Source of the DNA: Bellilinea caldifistulae
GTDB taxonomy: Bacteria > Chloroflexota > Anaerolineae > Anaerolineales > Anaerolineaceae
Direction: 5' to 3'
Length of the DNA stretch: 32,000 nucleotides
NCBI RefSeq assembly: GCF_001306055.1
Contig: NZ_LGHJ01000015.1
Location: 90,001 to 122,000 of the forward strand
Position 1 is the stretch's first letter, and each line of letters opens with the position of its first letter. Under the pieces are notes generated by a model. That model saw only the letters and a list, made by a program, of their open reading frames with translations. It had not been told where the DNA came from and ran no database searches. Made by a program: the position numbers and the translations under genes. This document shows, piece after piece, positions 16,531 through 24,069 of the stretch.

Positions 16531-17037
16531 ATGACAAAACTCCCCCTCATCATTGGTCTGGCGGCTTTACTGGTGGTGGTAGGTGTTGGGTTGTATGCTA
16601 CTGAATTTACGGTCTACCTCGGCAATGACCCCACTGCCTGCAACAACTGCCATGTCATGGATGCCGCTTACGAAGGCTGGTATCATGCCGGCCATCAGGC
16701 CTGGGCAACCTGTAATGACTGTCACACCCCGCACGCCCTCATTCCCAAGTATTTTGTCAAAGCCAAATCCGGCATGAATCATGTTTTCCATTTCACCCTC
16801 GGCAACATCCCGGAACCGCTGCGTGCCAAAACCGAATCGAAGGAGATCATCCAGGCCAACTGCATTTACTGTCATCAGGAGACCGTCTCTCGGATTGCGG
16901 ATGGACAGATGGATTCGGGGCGTTACTGCTTCGAATGTCACCGCAGTGTGGCGCACGGTGAACGGGGTATTTCCATTCTTCCCTACCAGGACAAGGGTAT
17001 TTACGATCCTCATTCACAATCGCTTCAGGAGAAGTAG
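16531..17037 (+). CDS. nrfH: Tetrahaem cytochrome c NrfH (NapC/NirT family), quinol dehydrogenase subunit
   Basis: N-terminal TM helix and four CxxCH sites (CNNCH, CNDCH, CIYCH, CFECH). A GGAGAGG SD precedes ATG 16531. The ORF opens at 16513. Confidence 0.9.
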   Translation: MTKLPLIIGLAALLVVVGVGLYATEFTVYLGNDPTACNNCHVMDAAYEGWYHAGHQAWATCNDCHTPHALIPKYFVKAKSGMNHVFHFTLGNIPEPLRAKTESKEIIQANCIYCHQETVSRIADGQMDSGRYCFECHRSVAHGERGISILPYQDKGIYDPHSQSLQEK

Positions 17038-17040
17038 AAC

Positions 17041-18342
17041 ATGTTCAAAAATCCCAAAACCATTCCGATTGTCTTAAGTGTGATCATTGTTATTCTTGCT
17101 GGCACGCTGGTTGCGCTGCTGCTTTTCATGAAAAATCAGCCCTTACAGACCCGCGGGGTACCCAATCTGATCGAAATTGCCGCCATGGAGCCGGACAGCT
17201 CGGTGTGGGGAATTAATTTCCCCAATCAGTACACCACCTTCCTCCAGACCGAAACCAACAATGCCCGCACGCCCTACGGCGGGTCCGATCCGGTGCAGAA
17301 ACTGGATGTGGATCCGCGCTTGCGTACCTTGTTTGCTGGCATGGCTTTCAGCAAAGATTACAAAGAAGACCGGGGTCACCGCTGGTCGTTGACCGATGTG
17401 CGCGAAACCGGGCGGGTCAACGAGAAAACCCCGGGCACCTGTTATTCCTGCAAATCGGCCAATACACCCATGTTGTGGGCGGAAATGGGTGCCGCCGAAT
17501 TTGCCCGTACGCCCTTCTCGGAATTGGGCAAACAAATTGACCAGCCGATCGGTTGTGCCAACTGTCATGAAGCCGGCACTATGCGTCTGATTGTCACCAA
17601 CCCGGCCCTGGAAGCCGCCCTACAGGCACAGGGCAAGGACTGGCGCACCTTCACCCGCCAGGAAATGCGCACGGTGGTATGCGCCAACTGCCATGTGGAG
17701 TACTACTTTGCGGGGGAAGGCAAGCTGCTGGTGTTCCCGTGGGCAAAGGGCACTTCCATCGAAAAGATCGAGGAGTTTTACAACGAAATTGACTTTTCGG
17801 ACTGGACTCACGCCGAAAGCGGTGCGAAGATGATCAAAATGCAGCACCCCGAATACGAACTGTATTCCGCTGGCAGCACCCATTTCAACGCCGGGGTGGC
17901 CTGCGCCGATTGCCACATGCCCTACACTCGTGATGGAGCGGTCAAGTTTTCCAATCACAATGTTCATAGCCCGCTCTTTAACCCGGCTGCTTCGTGCGGC
18001 ACCTGCCACACGGATGTGGATTATGTTGTGGGGCGGGTGACGGCCATTCAAAATCAGGTATGGGTGACCATGTCGGCAAGCGAGGATGCGCTGGTGGAAG
18101 CCATTGCTGCCATCAAAGCCGCCGCCGAAACGCCCGGTGCCGATCCGCAGTTGATTGAAGAAGCCCGTGCCCTGCACCGTTCCGCTCAATTACGCTGGGA
18201 CTTCATCGCCGCCGAAAACAGCATGGGCTTTCACAACCCCGAAGAGGCCCTGCGCATTCTGGCAGCCGCCACCGATCTGGCTCGGCAGGCGCAGTTGAAG
18301 GCGGTGCTGGCGGTCGGCTCAACCCAGAGCGCCAGTCGCTAA
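17041..18342 (+). CDS. nrfA: Pentahaem cytochrome c nitrite reductase (ammonia-forming) NrfA
   Basis: Active-site haem motif CYSCK (CxxCK) plus four CxxCH sites (CANCH x2, CADCH, CGTCH). It also has CANCHVEYYF, MQHPEYE and LRWDF...GFHNPEEA blocks characteristic of NrfA. An AGGAGAAG SD lies upstream, and the gene starts 3 nt after nrfH. Confidence 0.93.
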   Translation: MFKNPKTIPIVLSVIIVILAGTLVALLLFMKNQPLQTRGVPNLIEIAAMEPDSSVWGINFPNQYTTFLQTETNNARTPYGGSDPVQKLDVDPRLRTLFAGMAFSKDYKEDRGHRWSLTDVRETGRVNEKTPGTCYSCKSANTPMLWAEMGAAEFARTPFSELGKQIDQPIGCANCHEAGTMRLIVTNPALEAALQAQGKDWRTFTRQEMRTVVCANCHVEYYFAGEGKLLVFPWAKGTSIEKIEEFYNEIDFSDWTHAESGAKMIKMQHPEYELYSAGSTHFNAGVACADCHMPYTRDGAVKFSNHNVHSPLFNPAASCGTCHTDVDYVVGRVTAIQNQVWVTMSASEDALVEAIAAIKAAAETPGADPQLIEEARALHRSAQLRWDFIAAENSMGFHNPEEALRILAAATDLARQAQLKAVLAVGSTQSASR

Positions 18343-18369
18343 CTATTTGCCATCATCTCACAAACCGGC

Positions 18370-18410
18370 CGCCCGTTGGCAGGGGTTTTCTGCTGGCGGG
18401 CGTTTTTGTT
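18370..18410 (+). terminator. Intrinsic terminator after nrfA
   Basis: A 13-bp stem CGCCCGTTGGCAG / CTGCTGGCGGGCG (three G:U pairs), a 7-nt loop, then TTTTTGTT. Confidence 0.75.
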
Positions 18411-18473
18411 TGCTTATGGTTACAAAATCGTTTGCTGTTTTACCAAAAAGTGGTTCGATTCCCTTTATCCTGA

Positions 18474-18502
18474 TTGACTTTCTCCGTTGTATTCGTTATG
18501 AT
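18474..18502 (+). promoter_or_regulatory. sigma70-like promoter of the TadE-like cluster
   Basis: TTGACT (18474-18479), 17-nt spacer, TATGAT (18497-18502), 46 nt upstream of ATG 18549. Confidence 0.55.
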
Positions 18503-18548
18503 ATGAATACTGATGGAAGGTTTCTTTTAGAATTGGGGGATCAAGCGC

Positions 18549-19172
18549 ATGTCCGGATTGATTAAACAGCCAGCCCCAGCCTCTTCCCACCGGCAACTCC
18601 GCGCCGGGCGGGCACAGTCGTTCATCGAACTGGCGCTGGTGCTGCCGGTCTTGTTTATCATCTTGCTGGGAGTTGTAGAAATTGCCATTTTCATCGGCCG
18701 CTATCTGGATGTGTTGGATCTGACCCGCGAAGTGGCCCGTCAGGCTGCCCGTGAGGAGCGCTTTTTGAGTCCATCCACCTTTTTTAGTGAGACCGATTCC
18801 TATCTGGCGGAACCACCGAATGGCTTGAATTCTTACATTACTATGAACGCCTCTACCGATGACATGGTTGTTTCGGTCTTTGATCTGCGTGGGAGTGGCG
18901 AAAGAATCATGCATGTCTGGTCTGGCGCCAATGAAAATTATAAAAAAGATTGCCAGGGAAATGTGGTGCGTGCCGAGCCGCATTTTACCCTCAGCGAGGT
19001 GATGGCAATTGGTTCGCCTGATGTTAATGAGGGAATGGTTGCCGTGGAGATCTTTTATTGCCATCAACTGGTATTGAATATTCCGCTTATAACTTCTTTT
19101 ATTCCAAACCCGGTGCAAATCCATGCGTACACAATTTTTCCGTTTCCGGCGATTAAATACCGCTCACCTTAA
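18549..19172 (+). CDS. TadE-like pseudopilin-type protein
   Basis: The N-terminus RAGRAQSFIELALVLPVLFIILLGVVEIAIF matches the TadE N-terminal signature. It is followed by a ~150 aa globular part. More AT-rich than nrfA. Confidence 0.8.
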   Translation: MSGLIKQPAPASSHRQLRAGRAQSFIELALVLPVLFIILLGVVEIAIFIGRYLDVLDLTREVARQAAREERFLSPSTFFSETDSYLAEPPNGLNSYITMNASTDDMVVSVFDLRGSGERIMHVWSGANENYKKDCQGNVVRAEPHFTLSEVMAIGSPDVNEGMVAVEIFYCHQLVLNIPLITSFIPNPVQIHAYTIFPFPAIKYRSP

Positions 19173-20997
19173 TTCTACCCGGCAGCCTTCCCGCGGGCAG
19201 GTGTTGGTCATCTTTGCGGTGGCCATGTTGACCCTGCTTTTCTTTGTTGGCCTGGCCATTGATGCAGGTTCTTTGTATGTGACCTACAACCATCTCAAAC
19301 GGGCGGTGGATGCCGCGGCAGTTGCGGCAGCCAACCAGTACAAACGCGGCGAAACTCACCTTGATAAATTCGAAAGCGCTGCCACAGAAGTACTGGAATT
19401 GAACAACATTGATATGGCGGTGGTAGACCTGGAAGTTCACATTTGCGACGAAAACGGCGATTATGAGATAGACCATGGATTACCGGAGGATCTGAATCGC
19501 CGTTGTCATGAGGCCGCCTTTCTTCGTAAACTGGTATGGGTAAAAGCCACCCAGCGTGCGCCGTTGTACTTTTTGGGGTTGCTGGGATTCGGCCCGGTGA
19601 ATTTATCCACAGAGACGATCTCCGAGGCGGCGGCGGTGGATATTGTACTGGTGCTGGATGTTTCCGAATCCATGTCCAGTCAGACGGGCGGCTATATCCC
19701 CAATGATTACGATCCGGATACGGGGTGCAACCCGAATACCCGCACCGCTGGCGCTTCACCGCCTGCCGGAGCGTGCCTGCCGATGTGGTACTTGAAAAAT
19801 GCGGCAAATGCGTTGATCAACACCATCTACGAAGGGTATGACCGGATTGCCATCATCACCTACGATTCGCGGGCTGAATTGAAGCAGGATTTTACCAGCC
19901 TCAAGACGGTTGCGCGCAATTCTCTGTGGAACAACGTCAATGTTCATGATGACCCGCCCTATGCGAGGATGTGGGCTCCGTGGGGGCCCGACCGTGACCC
20001 CGGCGACTACGCCTTTAACCCGGTCAACCCCGAAGACCGTGATGGGGACGGGCGGGATGCCGATAATGATATTGACCTGTATAGGGTAGATTGTCCCTGG
20101 ACGACCAACCCGGCCGTGCTGGCCGACCGCTGGTGGAGCGTGGATGAAGGCGCACCCGATCCGTTTGGCTGGGGTGGTGTACCCTGTGATCATGATGCTT
20201 ATCTGGATGCCTACGACTGGAACTCCGATGACATCTTCACCATGGATGACCACAATGCTTCGCTGGCTTACCTTGCCAAATTCCCCGTCTTAACCGACCT
20301 GAACGATCACACCATCCGTCCATCGCTTTCGCCGCTTTCTACCTGCATCGGCTGTGGGCTGCGGATGGCCAACGAACTGCTGACCAAATACGGGCGACGG
20401 GACGCTATCTGGGTAGTGGTGTTGTTCACGGACGGTGTGGCCAATTTGAGTGATACACCGCCGAATGCCTCGACCGGTCCCGGCGATACCCCCTACACTG
20501 GCGGGAATGTGCCGGCGGTCATGAAAAGCGGTTTTTGCAACGGCCATTTTGCCGACCGGGACGCTAACTCGTGGTGGCAGAAACTTTGTATTGACCGTCA
20601 CTTCACCCCGCGCTACTGTGTGGATACCAGTTCATCCACCTGCCCGCCGGGTTCCACGCATGTGGTGGCGAGCCTGCGCAGCTACACCTACTCGGTCACG
20701 GATTATGCCCGTGATATGGTAGATGCGATTGGATTGACCAGTTCCGCTAACCCACAGGAGCCGCTGGGCACCGATGTAGCCATGTACGCGGTCGGCTTTG
20801 GGGCTGTAAATTTGGGCGAACCGCTTTTGCGATACATTGCTGCTGTGGGTGATGATGGTGACCGCCGTACGGATCTCTGTGATGGTGTATCAAGTTTGCA
20901 ATCCTGCGGCAATTACTTCTATACTAATGATGCTTCTCAATTACAGGCCATTTTTGAGGACATTGCCAGCCGTATATACACCCGAATTAACCAGTAA
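19123..20997 (+). CDS. TadG-like (Tad_N) protein with von Willebrand factor A domain
   Basis: The N-terminus SRGQVLVIFAVAMLTLLFFVGLAIDAGSLYVTYNHLKRAVDAAAVAAA is the TadE/G-like class. The vWA domain has MIDAS DxSxS (VLVLDVSESMSS) and later VVLFTDGVAN. The start is uncertain: ATG 19123 overlaps the previous gene by 50 nt and lacks an obvious SD. Confidence 0.82.
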   Translation: MRTQFFRFRRLNTAHLNSTRQPSRGQVLVIFAVAMLTLLFFVGLAIDAGSLYVTYNHLKRAVDAAAVAAANQYKRGETHLDKFESAATEVLELNNIDMAVVDLEVHICDENGDYEIDHGLPEDLNRRCHEAAFLRKLVWVKATQRAPLYFLGLLGFGPVNLSTETISEAAAVDIVLVLDVSESMSSQTGGYIPNDYDPDTGCNPNTRTAGASPPAGACLPMWYLKNAANALINTIYEGYDRIAIITYDSRAELKQDFTSLKTVARNSLWNNVNVHDDPPYARMWAPWGPDRDPGDYAFNPVNPEDRDGDGRDADNDIDLYRVDCPWTTNPAVLADRWWSVDEGAPDPFGWGGVPCDHDAYLDAYDWNSDDIFTMDDHNASLAYLAKFPVLTDLNDHTIRPSLSPLSTCIGCGLRMANELLTKYGRRDAIWVVVLFTDGVANLSDTPPNASTGPGDTPYTGGNVPAVMKSGFCNGHFADRDANSWWQKLCIDRHFTPRYCVDTSSSTCPPGSTHVVASLRSYTYSVTDYARDMVDAIGLTSSANPQEPLGTDVAMYAVGFGAVNLGEPLLRYIAAVGDDGDRRTDLCDGVSSLQSCGNYFYTNDASQLQAIFEDIASRIYTRINQ

Positions 20998-21025
20998 AAA
21001 GGGCTAGAATCAGGAAGGAACGCCC

Positions 21026-23041
21026 ATGAAACGATTACCTCTTAGTAAACCTCAAATTCCCCTGCGGTTGCGCCGCTGGCGCGCGCAGGGCTTTGTTGAA
21101 TTTGCGCTGGCGCTGCCGATTCTCCTGATGATGATTTTTGGAATTATCGAATTTGGGCGTTTTCTGCAAGCCTGGCTTGCCCTGCAAAATGGGGCCCGCT
21201 TTGGGGTGCGTTACGCCGTCAGCGGTGACTTCAATACTGCTTATTGCGATGAGGCCGCCGCGGCTCTGGGACTGACCGCCTTTCACAGCGGCAATTGCCG
21301 CGTACCGGAAACTGTAGACGGGTGGGATGAGATGAGCAGTGCGCTCAAAGATTGGGCGCGGCTGGCGTCTATCCGCGATGCGGCCATTGCCGGAGCAACC
21401 GGGGTTGCCTGGGACCCTGCCCCGGCAGTTTCCGGCGACTATCTGGCTTACCTCGATTACGGTTGGAACCATTCCGACTTCGATATGGTGCATCGGGGCA
21501 ACCCGGCCCTGAAGGGCTTTCTGAATGTGATGATTTGTTCGACTCGCGAGGAAGATCTCGGCGGGGGGGTGTTTGCCCGTTTTCAACGCAATCCTTATAC
21601 GGCTATTTATTACGAACCCAATGACCCCGGACGGTTGCAGGACTACCGCTTTCCAATTTTCTGTGAACGTGCCATTGGCACCAAAAGCGGCGAGACCTTC
21701 AATCAGACCGCTATTGAACGATATGTTGATGATGCAGGCGGACCCGGTGACCGGGTTTTCGTGCGGCTGACTTACCGTCACGAATTGATCACCCCCCTCC
21801 TCAACAATATCTGGCCGACGGCCATGATCTACGCCCAGCGGGAAGGTTATGTGGAAGCCTTCCGTAAAACCCGCCCGGGCGGCGCGCTGGGGGTTGCTCC
21901 CACCCCCACCAATACCCCGACTGATACCCCCACTCCGACCAATACCGCTACTCACACCTCCACACCCACGCCGACCGATACCGCCACGCCGACCGCCACA
22001 CCAACCATTACGCCGACCAACTTCCCGTGCGGCGGTACGGGCGTGCTGCGCGAGTGGTGGGGCAGCATCCCCGGCACCTCGGTGAGTGATTTAACCAGTA
22101 ACCCGCGCTACCCCGGAGCGCCGAACAATCATGATACCCTGCCCGAATTTGAGGCTCCCCAGAACTGGGCAAACAACTACGGCCAGCGCCTGCGGGCTGA
22201 TGTTTGCGCGCCGCAAACCGGTTATTACCGCTTCTACATTGCCAGTGATGATAATAGTGTGCTGTATCTGAATGGTTCGCTAATTGCCTCGGTGCCCGGC
22301 TGGACGTATTACCACCAATGGGATTTGTACGGCAGCCAGAGGTCCGGCACGGTCTATCTAACTGCTGGCTCGTGGCTGCCGATTGAGGTCCTCCACAAAG
22401 AAGGTACAGGGCTGGATCATGTCTCGGTTGCCTGGGCAGGCCCGGGCATCACCGGCAATGAGGATGATCCGCCAGTGGTGATTGACGGCTACTACCTGCG
22501 TCCGGCCTCTCCCATACCGACCTGGACGCCCACCCATACCGGCACACCGACCCGCACGCCGACCATTACAAACACTTTCACCCATACCCCGACGCGCACC
22601 ATTACGCCAACGCCGACCAATACCTTTACCCCCACCTTGACCTTCACGGCAACTAACACGCGTACGCCGACCTACACACCGACCATTACTCCGACACCAA
22701 CGATTACGCGCACCTTCACGGTTACTCCCACGCGCACCAACACCCCCACGCCTACCAATACTCCCACCATCACCTTGACCTTCACACCATCGAACACGCC
22801 GACAATTACCCACACATTTACTCCGCGACCCACTAGCACCAACACTCCAACACCCACCGCCACGGTACCTTCGTTGACGCCGACGATCACACGCACCTTC
22901 ACTGGCACGCCAACCCGCACCAGCACACCAACCCGAACCATCACCCCCACGCCTACGGAAACGCTGCTGCCGACCCGCACCCGCACTCCCACCATTACCC
23001 GCACACCGTGTTTGACCCCAGTGGAATTGGGCGGCTGCTAA
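21026..23041 (+). CDS. TadE-like N-terminus fused to a PA14 lectin-type domain, flanked by Thr/Pro repeat regions
   Basis: The N-terminus RRWRAQGFVEFALALPILLMMIFGIIEFGRF is TadE-like. The central GVLREWWGSIPGTSVSDLTSNPRYPGAPN...FEAPQNWANNYGQRLRADVCAPQTGYYRFYIASDDNSVLYLNG...LHKEGTGLDHVSVAWAG is a PA14-type pattern. Thr/Pro repeats flank it. An AGGAAGGA SD lies upstream. Confidence 0.85.
   Translation: MKRLPLSKPQIPLRLRRWRAQGFVEFALALPILLMMIFGIIEFGRFLQAWLALQNGARFGVRYAVSGDFNTAYCDEAAAALGLTAFHSGNCRVPETVDGWDEMSSALKDWARLASIRDAAIAGATGVAWDPAPAVSGDYLAYLDYGWNHSDFDMVHRGNPALKGFLNVMICSTREEDLGGGVFARFQRNPYTAIYYEPNDPGRLQDYRFPIFCERAIGTKSGETFNQTAIERYVDDAGGPGDRVFVRLTYRHELITPLLNNIWPTAMIYAQREGYVEAFRKTRPGGALGVAPTPTNTPTDTPTPTNTATHTSTPTPTDTATPTATPTITPTNFPCGGTGVLREWWGSIPGTSVSDLTSNPRYPGAPNNHDTLPEFEAPQNWANNYGQRLRADVCAPQTGYYRFYIASDDNSVLYLNGSLIASVPGWTYYHQWDLYGSQRSGTVYLTAGSWLPIEVLHKEGTGLDHVSVAWAGPGITGNEDDPPVVIDGYYLRPASPIPTWTPTHTGTPTRTPTITNTFTHTPTRTITPTPTNTFTPTLTFTATNTRTPTYTPTITPTPTITRTFTVTPTRTNTPTPTNTPTITLTFTPSNTPTITHTFTPRPTSTNTPTPTATVPSLTPTITRTFTGTPTRTSTPTRTITPTPTETLLPTRTRTPTITRTPCLTPVELGGC
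21899..22021 (+). repeat. Coding Thr/Pro-rich linker (PTPTNTPTDTPTPTNTATHTSTPTPTDTATPTATPTITPTN)
   Basis: Read directly from the translation. It sits between the TadE-like region and the PA14 domain. Confidence 0.9.
22520..23008 (+). repeat. Coding (Thr-X)n dipeptide-periodic region, ~163 residues
   Basis: Thr occupies 56 of 58 alternate positions over the first 115 residues. After a VPSL break the pattern continues in the shifted register to ...TPTITRTP. Confidence 0.9.
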
Positions 23042-23117
23042 CCTGAAAATCGCTCTGCTCAGCGGCGTGCCCGATTGAATGGCGCGCCGCTGTCCGTTTG
23101 CGGTGTACAATTAACCC

Positions 23118-24047
23118 ATGAAATCGAATTCGACCCTGCCTGGAGCAGTGCAGCGTTGGCGAGCGGCCCTCGCCTTTGCCGCCGGCGGTGGCTTGCTGAT
23201 CCTGCTGACGCTTGGTTTGCTGTGGCTGGTGCAGCGCCAGCCGCAGGCATCCGCCGAGACGGTGGTGGTGCTGATTTCTGTCCTGACTCTGCTGGTGCTG
23301 GGGTTTGCGGTGGGGACGCTGGGGTTTATTCTGCGCAGCGTACTGGCGCGGCCCGGTTTGAATCCGATCCTGCTGACGCTGGTTCTGGCTTACGTGTTAC
23401 CGGCGGCAGTTTATTTTGGGTTGGACCGGCTGCTGGCGCTGCGCTTCAGCGGACTGGAACAATCCCTGCCGGCCATCAGTCTGCGCTCGCCGCTCTTCCC
23501 CGGTCAGCCGTGGCTGTTCCTCTGGCAGGCCTTGATCCTGGCTTTTCTCGGCATTCCGGCCGAGCAGAATCACCCCCTTCGGGAGAGGACGGATTCGTCG
23601 TCCCGGCCTCCCGAATGGCTGAGCGGGTTGCTGGGAGGGGCTGCCATTGCCCTGTTGGGGGCATACCTTTTCAGTATCACACGGGGCTGGTTGGAAACCA
23701 CGATCACCGTTTCCGAAATGACCCATCCGCTGGAGGTTGCCCCGTTGATTCGCTGGGTGACGCTGCTGATCGGGGTTCTGGTCGCTCCGTGGGCAGAGGA
23801 GCGGTTCTTCCGCGGGGAACTGATTCAACGCTGGCAGCCGCGCATGGGAACGTGGGCGGCCGGGCTGGCTTCGGCGGCTTTGTTTGCCACCCTGCAACTG
23901 CGCCCACTCCTCTGGCTGCCGGCTTTTCTGGCGGGGATTGGCTTTTTCTGGTTGTATCGGGTTTATGGCGGACTGAAATCGGCCGTCATTGCTCACACGG
24001 TTGTCAATGCGCTGTTGTTTGCGCTGGGCTGGCAGTGGATGATTTAA
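23118..24047 (+). CDS. CPBP-family (CAAX/Abi) intramembrane protease homologue with a variant motif 2
   Basis: Polytopic protein. Motif 1 is PWAEERFFRGEL (EExxxR) and motif 3 is AHTVVNAL (HxxxN). The expected FxxxH motif 2 reads LFATLQ. Confidence 0.82.
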   Translation: MKSNSTLPGAVQRWRAALAFAAGGGLLILLTLGLLWLVQRQPQASAETVVVLISVLTLLVLGFAVGTLGFILRSVLARPGLNPILLTLVLAYVLPAAVYFGLDRLLALRFSGLEQSLPAISLRSPLFPGQPWLFLWQALILAFLGIPAEQNHPLRERTDSSSRPPEWLSGLLGGAAIALLGAYLFSITRGWLETTITVSEMTHPLEVAPLIRWVTLLIGVLVAPWAEERFFRGELIQRWQPRMGTWAAGLASAALFATLQLRPLLWLPAFLAGIGFFWLYRVYGGLKSAVIAHTVVNALLFALGWQWMI

Positions 24048-24069
24048 CCACCGGTGAAGGAGAGATGCC

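Noticed and set aside
21899-23008. Periodic DNA in the Thr/Pro regions, considered as a CRISPR-like or tandem non-coding repeat array.
   Set aside because: The periodicity is 6 nt (ACN-NNN) within a continuous ORF flanked by recognisable protein domains. There is no repeat-spacer structure, so it is coding low-complexity sequence.
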